Part shown: positions 1 through 10,137 of the stretch, one piece after another
Position numbering within the stretch: the first letter of the stretch is position 1
Layout of the letters: each line of letters opens with the position of its first letter
Source of the DNA: SAR202 cluster bacterium AC-647-P02_OGT_505m
GTDB lineage: Bacteria > Chloroflexota > Dehalococcoidia > Lucifugimonadales > UBA826
DNA length: 64,000 bases
Direction of reading: 5' to 3'
NCBI GenBank assembly: GCA_009391195.1
Contig: VEXB01000001.1
Span: 20,398-84,397, forward strand
Translations under genes and position numbers: made by a program
The notes under the pieces: model-generated
What the model saw: the letters and a program-made list of their open reading frames with translations, nothing else
Databases searched by the model: none
Told to the model about the DNA's origin: nothing

Positions 1-268
1 CCGTGGCGATCTCATGGAATTCAATTTCGTAGGACTTTAGGAGAGGAAACATCACGTCATTGTCAGATTTCACACTGCCTGGAACGTTGGGCATTCTATT
101 AGCGTCTATAGTTTCTTGTTCCCATTCCGCGCAAACCTCTATTTCCTGCGAGGGAGTTCCAGCCCCACTTACATATACAGTAGCTGAAGCCCTGCCGGTT
201 GCTTCTGAATAAGCGTCACATATACTTCGCAGAAGCCGAGCCACCTCCCAAGCATCCTTCCTTTCCAC
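1..268 (-). CDS. hypothetical protein; the 5' end is in the window and the 3' end lies beyond the left edge (partial)
   Basis: The minus-strand frame is open from GTG at 268..266 to base 1 (VERKDAWEVARLLRSICDAYSEATG...). AGGAGA lies about 9 nt upstream. It is absent from the ORF track because it is truncated. No family recognised. Confidence 0.35.
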   Translation of the reverse strand, partial: MERKDAWEVARLLRSICDAYSEATGRASATVYVSGAGTPSQEIEVCAEWEQETIDANRMPNVPGSVKSDNDVMFPLLKSYEIEFHEIAT

Positions 269-413
269 TTTACATACTCTCCTAATTAAAAACATTTAAT
301 CCTCTCTTTCCAATCTTTATTAACTTGAATGACCCTGCCACTGGAACACAGTAATTTTACATACATAAGACACAAGAGTATCTCCAAGGTGTATCCTTTT
401 TACTTGTTCAAAT

Positions 414-1862
414 ATGACTCATAACTTTATTAACTCACCCAAAAAAACGTCTCATTCCCCTTGGCTAGCCTTTTCAGTTGCGGCACTGTCTATCATGGGA
501 TCTGCCCTAGATAGAGGCGCATCAAATGTCATATTGCCAAACATAGCAGCAGAATTTGGATCTGATATTCCAACGGCACAGTGGATAAATACAACATATC
601 TTCTTATGGTAGCGGCCCTATTGCTACCGATGGGAAGATTAACTGACATATTAGGTAGTAAGAAGGTCATTGTCTCTGGGCTAATAGTATTTGCCTTCGG
701 GGGAATTGGAAGCTCTGTTGCCCCATCAATCGAAATATTGCTTGCCGGGAGAGTACTGCAAGGAATAGGTGGAGCAATGATCCAAGGTACCGCATTTATC
801 ATTGCCATCGCAGCGTTCGGGGAGGGACAAAGAGGAAAAGCAGTAGGACTGGTACTTATATTCGTTGGCTTAGGTAACGTCGCAGGACCAGCAGTGGGTG
901 GCTTAGTTACAACATATGCTGGCTGGAGAAGCGTCTTTATAGTTACCTCATTGGTTTCTGCAGCTGGTGCATTATTAGCGTTCACTGCATTGGGTTCTCA
1001 CCGTCCGAATCCAATCTCTAATTCACAGTTTGATTGGCTTGGAGCAGCACTATGCGTGTCAACTCTCTCAGCACTCCTAGCTGGTATCACTATGGCTGCT
1101 CACTCCGGATGGTCTTTCATACCTATAACTGTTATAGCCTTGTCGTTAGTTTCAGGGGGACTTTTCGTATGGCGAGGCCTAGTAGTAGATAATCCCATTT
1201 TGAATCTGCGGCTATTTAGACAACCAATATTCGGCTTATCAATTTTGTCGAATTTAATCTGTTTCCTTGGAATGTCATCAGCCTTATTCTTGCTTCCATT
1301 CTATTTAAAATATGTTCAGGGATATCCGCCCGATAAGGTTGGTAGTGTTTTTATCCCCGCCGCCGCCTGCATGGCGATTGCGAGTCCACTCAGTGGGAGG
1401 TTGTCGGATCGTTTTGGAACAAGAATATTCACAGTAGGGGGGCTATTACTGGGAACAATAGGCTTGATAATGCTGGCGACCCTTGACGAATCATCACACG
1501 ATTTTCTCCCCTACATCGCCATGATACCCATCAGTGCTGGAATGGGTGCATTCTATGGCCCCAATAACAGCGCCATACTGTCGGTAACTCCAGATTCAAA
1601 CCAAAGCGCAGTTATAGGCTTTATAAACTTGATCAGGAACTCTGGAAGCCTCATTTCTATACCGATTTCCGCCACGATAGTCACATTAGTAATGAGCTCA
1701 ATGGGCTTCGAAGCCAACCTATCAGCGGTAACTCATGGATCTGAAACGGAATTAATAGCGTCTTTTCTTACAGGAATGAGAGTTTCGTTTATAACGCTTA
1801 CTGCGGTCACTATGGTAGGAGTGGCGTTATCATTTTATCCAAACCCAAAATTTATGCGTTGA
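414..1862 (+). CDS. MFS transporter, DHA2/EmrB-like (about 14 TM segments)
   Basis: 482 aa and highly hydrophobic. MFS motif A-like LPMGRLTDILGSKKV. The length fits 14-TMS drug:H+ antiporter-type MFS. Confidence 0.85.
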   Translation: MTHNFINSPKKTSHSPWLAFSVAALSIMGSALDRGASNVILPNIAAEFGSDIPTAQWINTTYLLMVAALLLPMGRLTDILGSKKVIVSGLIVFAFGGIGSSVAPSIEILLAGRVLQGIGGAMIQGTAFIIAIAAFGEGQRGKAVGLVLIFVGLGNVAGPAVGGLVTTYAGWRSVFIVTSLVSAAGALLAFTALGSHRPNPISNSQFDWLGAALCVSTLSALLAGITMAAHSGWSFIPITVIALSLVSGGLFVWRGLVVDNPILNLRLFRQPIFGLSILSNLICFLGMSSALFLLPFYLKYVQGYPPDKVGSVFIPAAACMAIASPLSGRLSDRFGTRIFTVGGLLLGTIGLIMLATLDESSHDFLPYIAMIPISAGMGAFYGPNNSAILSVTPDSNQSAVIGFINLIRNSGSLISIPISATIVTLVMSSMGFEANLSAVTHGSETELIASFLTGMRVSFITLTAVTMVGVALSFYPNPKFMR

Positions 1863-1866
1863 AAAA

Positions 1867-3009
1867 TCATCTGTCCTGAACAGAGCCATCAAAACCTATA
1901 GGTGTGTCCAGAACTTTGGGATCTTCAGGCATTTTCAGGGCTTCTTCGTTAATCTCAACTCCCAGTCCAGGCCCATCTGGAACGGTAATATAACCTTCCT
2001 TGAGTTCCAAAGGTTTGACCAGCAATTCACTCTTTGGGGGCTCTGACTCCCCAGTGTATTCCTGGAGAGCAAAGTTAGGTATACAAGCATCGAGTTGCAC
2101 ACATGCTGCGGTGCTAATAGGGGAAAGAGGATTATGAGGGATAACTTTTACGTGGTGGGCCTCTGCCATAGCAGCAACTTTTTTGCAGCCGGACAATCCT
2201 CCGCACAGACATAAGTCAGGACGAACATACGCGGCTGCATTGGCCTCCAATAGTTGTTGGTATTCAAAAATGGTAGTAAATCTTTCACCAGTTGCTATAG
2301 GTATATTGCATTTAGCAGCAACTTCTCCCATTATTGCCGGGCTGTCTGGCAACATGGGGTCCTCATAAAAAAATGGATTGAACTCCTCAAGTCTTCTGCC
2401 CAAGGCTATGCTTTCTGCTGGATTCATTTGCCTGTGGATTTCCACACATATATCTACATCAGATCCCACTGCTTCTCGAACAGCGGCCACCCTGTTTACA
2501 GCTTCATCGGCCCACTCAGAATATGACTTATGAAGGTAATAATCGGAAGGAAATGGCGTAAATCTAACAGCTGTAAATCCCTGCTTAGCTGCATTTAACG
2601 CGTCTTTAGCCAAGTCTTCTGCAGATCCAAAATCGCCAGATCCGACATGCATATAACAGCGGACTCTGTCACGAGTTTTACCTCCCATGAGATCAAAAAT
2701 AGGCACATCTAAACGTTTGCCCTTAATATCCCATAGAGCAATGTCTATAGCCGATAAAGCTCCCTGTACAACCGACCCCATAAAGTGTGAAGACCGATAT
2801 AGCCACTGATAGTGGTGTTCAATGTGATCCGGGTTTTTACCAAGTAAATACGGTTCCATAGTTTCTATCATGGTTTGGGTAGCCCTCTGCCATCCGTGAA
2901 CACCTCCCTCTCCAATACCCACGGTGCCATCCTCACAGTGAATTTTCAAAAGTAACCACTTGTCCCACAAGAATGTCTCTACTTTTTCTATTCTGGTTGG
3001 TTTCGGCAC
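1867..3009 (-). CDS. enolase-superfamily enzyme, D-galactonate dehydratase (DgoD)-like
   Basis: 380 aa. SAIDIALWDIKGK motif. Metal-ligand strands are ICVEIH (Glu where DgoD has Asp), FYEDP and ATGER. It aligns without gaps to my memory of DgoD. Confidence 0.85.
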   Translation of the reverse strand: MPKPTRIEKVETFLWDKWLLLKIHCEDGTVGIGEGGVHGWQRATQTMIETMEPYLLGKNPDHIEHHYQWLYRSSHFMGSVVQGALSAIDIALWDIKGKRLDVPIFDLMGGKTRDRVRCYMHVGSGDFGSAEDLAKDALNAAKQGFTAVRFTPFPSDYYLHKSYSEWADEAVNRVAAVREAVGSDVDICVEIHRQMNPAESIALGRRLEEFNPFFYEDPMLPDSPAIMGEVAAKCNIPIATGERFTTIFEYQQLLEANAAAYVRPDLCLCGGLSGCKKVAAMAEAHHVKVIPHNPLSPISTAACVQLDACIPNFALQEYTGESEPPKSELLVKPLELKEGYITVPDGPGLGVEINEEALKMPEDPKVLDTPIGFDGSVQDR

Positions 3010-3196
3010 GTTATATTCCTCCAGTAGTTATCGACTGAATATTGATTTGATTTGATGTTATCACCACATATACAAAATATATCTATAAATTTTAGGAGCC
3101 AACAGCGGGTGAAATTGATCATGATGCATTCGCTATGTAACATTCAATATTGAGATGAGAAATAAATCCATCGATTAAATTATTTAAGGAGTGCAC

Positions 3197-4858
3197 ATGG
3201 GCGAATTAATGTCCGGGAAACAAGCCGTTCTAGAAATGCTTAAAGCCGAAGGTATCGAGTATATATTCGGAAACCCGGGAACAAGTGAAGGACCACTTAT
3301 AGATATGTTGGGAGAATACCCCGAATTCAAATACATCATGGCACTTCAAGAAAGTGTTGCTGTAGGCATGGGTGAGTCATATGCCCGTTCAACTCAGAAG
3401 ACAGCTTTCGTAAGTCTTCACGTTGATAGTGGGCTAGCGAACGGCATCGCCCTAATGCTCGATGCACTTAATACGGGAACACCACTCGTTGTTACCTCAT
3501 GCAATTACGATTCTCGAAAAATCAACGAAAACAAAACTGATCTGGCCGAGTTGGTACGACCAGTCACTAAATGGTCAGTAGAGCTAGATATCGCTGAACA
3601 GATTCCAAGCGTAATGCGAAGAGCGTTTAATGAGGCCAACAGTCATCCCAAAGGACCCGTATATGTAGGATTCACAGCAAATGCATTAGAAGGCATGGCT
3701 GAAATGAATATAGTGCCTTCGTCTGACATCCATGACAACGTCAGGCCCGACCCTGCGGGAATAAAAAAAGCCGCAGAACTTCTCGTTTCAGCAAAAAGTC
3801 CACTCCTCATAGTTGGTGATAGAGTTTCAGATGATGATGCTCTCGAGGATGCTGTACAGCTTGCAGAACTTGCTGGCTTACCTGTATACCAATCAAGAGG
3901 AGCCGAGGTTTCCTTCCCTACAACACACCCCCAGTACCTTGGAGTTCACTCTCTTAGGGTCGCTGCCCATCGTGAAGCTTTAAAGGGATATGATCTGATA
4001 ATCACAGTGGGAACAGACACATTTGATGAGCTTTTCTACTGGGGAGACGTGATACTTGGAGAAAACACCAAGCTTGTACATATAGACCCTATTCCCGGCC
4101 GCGTTGGCAAAAGCGAACCAACGGATGTTGGAATAGTATCGAATTGCAAGTCAGGGTTAAGCGAACTCATAGATCAGATATCTGGCCACTTAGACACTTC
4201 AGAAGTTGATACTAGAAGAGAATCTGTAGTCCAACAGTCTGAAGAAGAGAAAAAACTTTACGAGGATTCAGTATCTTCGCATTGGAACAACAGGCCTATG
4301 CCACCGGCTCGCATGATGTATGAGCTCTCTAAAGCCGTCCCTAAAAACACAATAGTTGTTAATGACACAGTGAGCAATAATGCTGCTTCTCGACACTATT
4401 TTGTTGCCGAAAGCAGAGATGACATGAGGGGAGTTAGAGGGCAATCTATTGGTGGGGGAATAGGCGCCACGATGGGGACTAAATGTGCTTTTCCGGACCG
4501 TCCTGTCGTTGGCATCATTGGTGACGGAAGCGCAATGATGACGATACAGGGGTTATGGACAGCTGCGAACGATAACATTCCTTGCGTATTCGTTATTTGC
4601 AACAACGGAATGTATAGGGTGTTGAAGGTAAATTTCAACATATACCAGACTGAGGTACTTTCGGAACCAGAACCAGCAGGCGAAAACCTTCTTTATTCTA
4701 ATTTCGACACCCCTTTCGATATTTCTGAAATCGCAAAAGGAATGGGGATAGAAAGCGAACGAGTTACAGATCCTGATGAGATAGGGCCTGCGATCCAACG
4801 AGCACTGTCAGCTAACAAACCATCGGTCATCGATGTCGTTATTGACGGCTCCCTCTAG
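3197..4858 (+). CDS. thiamine-diphosphate-dependent enzyme (acetolactate synthase / benzoylformate decarboxylase family)
   Basis: Canonical ThDP motif IIGDGSAMMT...ICNNGMY. The N-terminal GNPGTSEG pyrimidine-binding domain is present. The ORF opens at GTG 3191, but AAGGAG at 3186..3191 favours ATG 3197. Confidence 0.85.
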   Translation: MGELMSGKQAVLEMLKAEGIEYIFGNPGTSEGPLIDMLGEYPEFKYIMALQESVAVGMGESYARSTQKTAFVSLHVDSGLANGIALMLDALNTGTPLVVTSCNYDSRKINENKTDLAELVRPVTKWSVELDIAEQIPSVMRRAFNEANSHPKGPVYVGFTANALEGMAEMNIVPSSDIHDNVRPDPAGIKKAAELLVSAKSPLLIVGDRVSDDDALEDAVQLAELAGLPVYQSRGAEVSFPTTHPQYLGVHSLRVAAHREALKGYDLIITVGTDTFDELFYWGDVILGENTKLVHIDPIPGRVGKSEPTDVGIVSNCKSGLSELIDQISGHLDTSEVDTRRESVVQQSEEEKKLYEDSVSSHWNNRPMPPARMMYELSKAVPKNTIVVNDTVSNNAASRHYFVAESRDDMRGVRGQSIGGGIGATMGTKCAFPDRPVVGIIGDGSAMMTIQGLWTAANDNIPCVFVICNNGMYRVLKVNFNIYQTEVLSEPEPAGENLLYSNFDTPFDISEIAKGMGIESERVTDPDEIGPAIQRALSANKPSVIDVVIDGSL

Positions 4859-4879
4859 ATTTAAAGAGTCCTAAATCTG

Positions 4880-6541
4880 ATGAAAACTTTGAAACAGGAA
4901 GCCCTCGGGTCCAGGGGTGTAGTAGCCTCTAACCATCCGCTGGCATCTCTCGCTGGGATAGAAATGCTTGCAACTGGAGGAAATGCAATTGATGCGGCTG
5001 TGGCAACAGTCCTAGCACTTACGGTTGTTGAGCCAATGATGGTTGGGATAACTGGGGCCGGATTTGTAAACATACACGATGCTTCTACCAAGTCCTCTAT
5101 AACCATAGACAATTACAGCACAGCGCCTGCCGCAGCCCAACCCGATATGTTTATTCCAATATCGGACTCCTGGCCCGACTACATGGAAACGAAACAACAG
5201 AAAAACAAGATTGGCCATTTGTCAGTTGGGGTACCGGCCGGGTTGCAATGCTGGTACCACATCCAGACTGAATACGGGAACTTAGATTTTGAGAATACTG
5301 TTCAACCTGCCATCCGATACGCCGAGCAGGGTTTTTCCATAAGTCCGTACTTAGCCGGAATTATTGAGACCAACAAAGTTGCCTTGAAATCCTACCCGGG
5401 CAGTCAAGATTTATTCTTCGATAAAAATAATCCTCTTTCTACCGGACAAATATTACGAAATCAGGACTATGCGTCTGTGTTACGCGAAATATCTAAAACT
5501 GGTGATGAGACATTAACAAGAGGTTCACTGGGAAATGCAATAGAAGAAGAAATGACGAGAAACGGAGGCATCCTTACTCAGAACGACATAGAAAAATATC
5601 AACTTGAATACAGAGATCCGGTTAAAGGAAACTACAGGGGATATGAGATTGTCGGTGTTGGACCTGCTAGCTCTGGCGCCACACACATAGTGCAAGCTCT
5701 TAATTTGCTTGAAAAATTTAATGTCTCAGAGATGGGATTCGGAACAAAAGAATACTTTCATCTGCTGGCTGAAACTCTGAAAATAGTATTCTCAGATAGA
5801 TTCAAATTTATGGGAGACCCAGATTTTGTAGACGTTCCTGTTCAAGAATTAGTGTCAAAACGCTATGCCGATATCAGACATTCAGAAATAGATTTGCAGA
5901 AAGCCGGATCATTTGTGCATGGCAACCCAGAACTAGAACTGGGAGAGTCAGAAAACACTACTCACCTTACGGTTGCTGACAATGACGGGAACATAGTTTC
6001 TATGACTCAAACCCTCAACGATGCCTTTGGGTCAAGAGTTACCGTACCGGGAACCGGGGTTACTTTAAATAACACTCTTTATAACTTTGATCCTCATCCT
6101 GGCAACGCGAATTCAATAGTTCCTGGCAAAAGAGTTTTGAGCAGTATGGCACCTGTAACTGTTTTCAAAGACGGAAAACCATTCATGGCTCTGGGAACCC
6201 CTGGCGGAAGAAGAATATTTGGCTCCGTTTTACAGGCGATCATTAATGTAATCGACCATAACATGTCTCTTCAACAGGCTGTGGAGGCACCCAGAATCTG
6301 GACCCAAGGCCAAAACTTGGAACTTGAGTTTTCAGTTGATATTGAAGCATCTGAAGGCCTCATTAAAATGGGTCATGCTGTAGAGAGAGTCGACCGAGTA
6401 GCAGGAGGGATGAATGGCGTAATGTTCGGCAATGAGGGGTTTATACATGGCGCAGCTTGTTGGAGGGCCGACGGTGCACCAGTCGGACTTAGCGGCGGGC
6501 AAGCCTACATTTCGCAAGGCGACGGAATGTTTCGTATTTGA
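4880..6541 (+). CDS. ggt: gamma-glutamyltranspeptidase family protein with no signal peptide
   Basis: 553 aa. Autoprocessing/nucleophile Thr context ENTTHLTVADNDGN. GTPGGRRI motif. The N-terminus runs straight into the mature domain (GVVASNHPLAS). Confidence 0.85.
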   Translation: MKTLKQEALGSRGVVASNHPLASLAGIEMLATGGNAIDAAVATVLALTVVEPMMVGITGAGFVNIHDASTKSSITIDNYSTAPAAAQPDMFIPISDSWPDYMETKQQKNKIGHLSVGVPAGLQCWYHIQTEYGNLDFENTVQPAIRYAEQGFSISPYLAGIIETNKVALKSYPGSQDLFFDKNNPLSTGQILRNQDYASVLREISKTGDETLTRGSLGNAIEEEMTRNGGILTQNDIEKYQLEYRDPVKGNYRGYEIVGVGPASSGATHIVQALNLLEKFNVSEMGFGTKEYFHLLAETLKIVFSDRFKFMGDPDFVDVPVQELVSKRYADIRHSEIDLQKAGSFVHGNPELELGESENTTHLTVADNDGNIVSMTQTLNDAFGSRVTVPGTGVTLNNTLYNFDPHPGNANSIVPGKRVLSSMAPVTVFKDGKPFMALGTPGGRRIFGSVLQAIINVIDHNMSLQQAVEAPRIWTQGQNLELEFSVDIEASEGLIKMGHAVERVDRVAGGMNGVMFGNEGFIHGAACWRADGAPVGLSGGQAYISQGDGMFRI

Positions 6542-6550
6542 GTCAATGAG

Positions 6551-6606
6551 CAGCGAAGCGATGGTTGATAACAATTAAAGTGCTATTTCTGACCACCGAT
6601 TCGCTG
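6551..6606. terminator. imperfect long-loop hairpin between convergent genes (possible terminator)
   Basis: CAGCGAAGCGATGGT (6551..6565) is complementary to ACCACCGATTCGCTG (6592..6606) in 13 of 15 positions. There is no clear T-run. Confidence 0.25.
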
Positions 6607-6630
6607 AAGTTTTACAAATTAGGTAAGAAC

Positions 6631-7389
6631 TTACCCTCTCCCAATATATGGCATTTTACTAGCCATAATGGTCACGAACTGAATATTTGCCTCTAAAGGA
6701 AGATTGCTAATATATGAAATTGTTTCCCCCACATGATCAACGTTGTAGGTGGGTTCAACTGCCATTTCTCCATTGGCCTGAGCTACTCCGTTAGCCATCC
6801 TTGCCGTCATAGGAGTAGCCGCATTCCCAACATCGACCTGACTGCAAACGATATCAAAAGCTCTACCATCCAGTGAAATCTGTTTCGTAAGACCAGTTAT
6901 TGCATGCTTCGTCGCCGTATATGCGACTGCTTCAGGGCGAGGAACATAAGCAGATATCGAACCGTTATTAATAATACGACCACCCTGAGGTGATTGCTCT
7001 TTCATCATTCGTATGGCATGTTGAGCACAAACAAAACTACCTGTTAGATTTGTGTCTACAACCCTTTTCCAATCCTCGACAGGAAGTTCATCAATAGGCA
7101 TTCTTGGTGAACCAATCCCTGCGTTATTAAAAAGAACATCTACCCTGCCAAACGCTTTCTTGGTCTCCTCAAACAAATTAGCAATCGCATCGGTATCCCC
7201 AACGTCAGTTGGCACAGCAATTGCTCTAGCACCATCAACTCCCGCTAGAGAAATAGATTCCTCTAGGGGCTCCAAGCGCCTGCCAGCAAGTGCAATGGAA
7301 TAACCATCCTTGAATAAATGCAATGCAGCAGATCTACCTATTCCGCTACCTGCACCCGTAATCACAGCAACTTTTCCATTAGATGTCAT
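6631..7389 (-). CDS. short-chain dehydrogenase/reductase (SDR)
   Basis: TGAGSGIG cofactor motif, NNAG, and catalytic YTATK (YxxxK). Confidence 0.87.
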   Translation of the reverse strand: MTSNGKVAVITGAGSGIGRSAALHLFKDGYSIALAGRRLEPLEESISLAGVDGARAIAVPTDVGDTDAIANLFEETKKAFGRVDVLFNNAGIGSPRMPIDELPVEDWKRVVDTNLTGSFVCAQHAIRMMKEQSPQGGRIINNGSISAYVPRPEAVAYTATKHAITGLTKQISLDGRAFDIVCSQVDVGNAATPMTARMANGVAQANGEMAVEPTYNVDHVGETISYISNLPLEANIQFVTIMASKMPYIGRG

Positions 7390-7460
7390 AGTTTTACTTC
7401 TCCTGATAATAGTAACGTGCGGATTTTACCCTATCGAACAATCAAATTCTGTTCCAAATA

Positions 7461-8633
7461 CTATTCTGCTATAACTTCCTCCCCTAGTTTATGAGCATTG
7501 ATCCAGTCCCAATCCAGTTCTAACCCGATACCCGGGCCTTCTGGAGCGAATACATTTCCATCTGCATCAATCCCATCAAGATTGTCATTGTAATTCAGAT
7601 ATACAGGCGGTTTCGTAGAAGAAACATTCGGATGAACCAAGCCCAGTTCGAAAAAATTTGTGTTCCTGATAGCTGACATTATGTGCCTGTGAACGGGCCC
7701 AGGTCCATGCAGTTCCACATCAAGCCCAAATCCTTCCGTTGCATGAGCAATTTTCATCGCGCCAGTAACACCACCATCCTCGTGGGCTCCACATCTGACA
7801 TAATCCGTTGCATCAGCGACGATAAAATCGACGTGTTGTTCTAAGAGACGTATGTGCTCAGTCTGAAGAATAGGAGTCTTCAACATCTGTCTCAACTTCC
7901 TATGAGCAAATTGAGAGACTCCGTTATCTTGGAATGGATCCTCCAGCCAGAAAAAATTAGCCTCGTCACAAGCTTGGCCCAATTTAAGGGCATCGCCAAA
8001 ATTCTTTATTTCACATGCTGGATCGATAAGAAGATCTAATTTACCAGCAAATTTTTCTCCTAAATTAAGGACATTATCTATTTCCCTCTGAATATTGTCC
8101 CTCGCGAGACCCCAACCATGTACCTTGAACGCCTTGTATCCCATTTCAAGACATTGGTTAGCGAAGTCCTCGAAGTCCTGCGGCGTGGTTAGACCTCCAT
8201 TCTCATCTCCATGCAAAGTAGATGCATAGGCCTTCAGTGGACGCCGTTCTCCTCCCAAAAGTCTGTACAGAGGTTCATCATAGAACTTACCGGCGATATC
8301 CCATAAGCATATATCAACTACTCCCATTCCAAGCATAGCCCAGTGCCTAGATCCTCTCTTTAAATCATTGTAAATCCGCTCACGAGCAAGGGAATTCTTA
8401 CCAACAAGGTAGTTACCAATTGCCTTTAGCTCGGCCATAGCTGGACCAATAACACCTGGATACTCCCCAACGATTCCTTTGTCTGTATGAATTCTTAAGA
8501 TCGTATTCGTTTGAACAAGACGTCCTCCAGGTTCATAAACCATATTGAAGGTGTTGTAATCTTTTCCCACATTTTCAAGCACATGTTCGAAATGGATAGC
8601 CTCAACCTTAGTTATTACTGGAGCTTCTCTCAT
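7461..8633 (-). CDS. enolase-superfamily enzyme (mandelate racemase / muconate lactonizing family)
   Basis: 390 aa. VDICLWDIAGK. Metal-ligand strands LIDPAC, WLEDP and QTEH. Confidence 0.85.
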   Translation of the reverse strand: MREAPVITKVEAIHFEHVLENVGKDYNTFNMVYEPGGRLVQTNTILRIHTDKGIVGEYPGVIGPAMAELKAIGNYLVGKNSLARERIYNDLKRGSRHWAMLGMGVVDICLWDIAGKFYDEPLYRLLGGERRPLKAYASTLHGDENGGLTTPQDFEDFANQCLEMGYKAFKVHGWGLARDNIQREIDNVLNLGEKFAGKLDLLIDPACEIKNFGDALKLGQACDEANFFWLEDPFQDNGVSQFAHRKLRQMLKTPILQTEHIRLLEQHVDFIVADATDYVRCGAHEDGGVTGAMKIAHATEGFGLDVELHGPGPVHRHIMSAIRNTNFFELGLVHPNVSSTKPPVYLNYNDNLDGIDADGNVFAPEGPGIGLELDWDWINAHKLGEEVIAE

Positions 8634-8832
8634 AAAATCCCCTTCTTATCCCGATGTATTGAAAAATTGCATCTAGAAACGGAAGCTATACTACACGCTT
8701 GAAATTAGGTAGTCATATAACTATTAATAAAGATTTTTAAGGAAAGTTTTAACCCCTCCATATAATTATCAAAGACTCCGTTCTGAAACTTCATGAATGA
8801 TTTGTAGCTTGGAAGGGTGGATAATAATCGCT

Positions 8833-10086
8833 ATGAACAACTACAAGCCCGTATGGCGCAACCCTAGACTCTGGTCTCTGGGCATTGGGCAAACACTCAT
8901 ATGGGCGGCCATTTTCTACGTTTTTCCAGCCATGTTGCTGAAATGGTCAGACCATTTTGGGTGGAGCATCGCCGAGGTCTCACTTGCTTTCACTCTGGCA
9001 CTTGTATCCTCAGCCCTTGCCGGCATAGCCTCAGGAAGAATTATTGACAAAGGTCATGCAAGAATCCTTTTCACACTGAGCGTGTGCGCCGGCGCAATAT
9101 TAATTTCCACCATCCCCTACGTCACTAATATTTTTACTTTTTACTTTATTTGGATACTAATTGGTATTGCGATGGCTGGGTGCCTATACGAACCTTGTTT
9201 TTCTTACATCACTCGAACATACAAAGACAATTCCAAGAACGCAATCGTGTTTATTACGCTCCAAGCAGGATTTGCAAGCAGTGTTTCATATTCGGTTTCA
9301 ACCATTCTGAGTAACGCCATTGGCTGGGACAATACTTTGCACCTGTTTAGCTTGACGTTGATTTTTGTCACAGCACCACTATTTTGGTACGGCAGCCCCG
9401 AGCCCAATAGACAAGTTCCAGATGAGGAAACCTCAGAATCAACTCATAGCACCCAGTCACCGAAAGTAACTCCATTTTTAGAGACTGTAATTCCTATCAT
9501 ACGAAATCCCGTGTTTTGGTTAATTTTCATGACGTTTGCGGCATTTGCCGCAACACAAGGTATGTTCGTTAGCCAAACATTCCCGCTACTGCAAAGCAAG
9601 GGGATGAACGACAACACTTCTGTAATTTTGGCCTCCTTAATAGGACCAATGCAGGTGTTAGCAAGATTTACTCTTTTCCTAGCAGAGCACTTAGCTAACA
9701 AAAATATTCCGGCTGCTAAAATTGCAACTCTATGTCTAATCGCTTTCGCAGGCACAAGTGTTCTTCTGTTATTTGGTAATGGAAAGCTATTGATAGTATT
9801 GATTTTCGTTACCATACAAGGGGGTATGTACGGACTTGTCAGTATTGTCAGACCTGTACTGACATCAGATTCTTTGGGCACCAAGAATTTTGGTGTCATT
9901 TTTTCACTCACAAGTATGGGTTTTGTTTGGGGGTACGCATTCGCCCCAGGTATTGCAGGATGGATAGCAGAAATTTGGAATTATGACGCCGTTCTAGTAA
10001 CAATGATATTCGTCTCAATTGTAGGCATGATCAGCCTAGGATTTTCTAACCGATTCCAGAAAATGGATGTAAAATCCGGAAAATAA
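8833..10086 (+). CDS. MFS transporter
   Basis: 12-TM-like hydrophobic profile. Motif A-like GRIIDKGHARIL. The ORF opens at 8797, but ATG 8833 (MNNYKP) is the more plausible start. Confidence 0.8.
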   Translation: MNNYKPVWRNPRLWSLGIGQTLIWAAIFYVFPAMLLKWSDHFGWSIAEVSLAFTLALVSSALAGIASGRIIDKGHARILFTLSVCAGAILISTIPYVTNIFTFYFIWILIGIAMAGCLYEPCFSYITRTYKDNSKNAIVFITLQAGFASSVSYSVSTILSNAIGWDNTLHLFSLTLIFVTAPLFWYGSPEPNRQVPDEETSESTHSTQSPKVTPFLETVIPIIRNPVFWLIFMTFAAFAATQGMFVSQTFPLLQSKGMNDNTSVILASLIGPMQVLARFTLFLAEHLANKNIPAAKIATLCLIAFAGTSVLLLFGNGKLLIVLIFVTIQGGMYGLVSIVRPVLTSDSLGTKNFGVIFSLTSMGFVWGYAFAPGIAGWIAEIWNYDAVLVTMIFVSIVGMISLGFSNRFQKMDVKSGK

Positions 10087-10137
10087 CTTTGATGAGCGGT
10101 TGCAACGAATTATTTCGAACTTAAAAAGGTGTGAAAA

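Noticed and set aside
452-985. A 177-aa antisense ORF inside the MFS gene, and many similar shadow ORFs (for example 2183..2526, 4396..4798, 9444..9911, 13008..13400, 22404..22706, 26014..26337, 32353..32754, 34277..34702, 41774..42190, 49370..49708, 62676..63165)
   Set aside because: Each is nested opposite or out of frame within a longer ORF that has clear family motifs. Their low-complexity, Pro/Ser/Ala-rich translations are typical of antisense frames.
3044-3058. The short tandem repeat tgatttgatttgatg in the divergent promoter region
   Set aside because: It has only two and a half copies of a 6-mer in AT-rich intergenic DNA, with no supporting structure or second occurrence.
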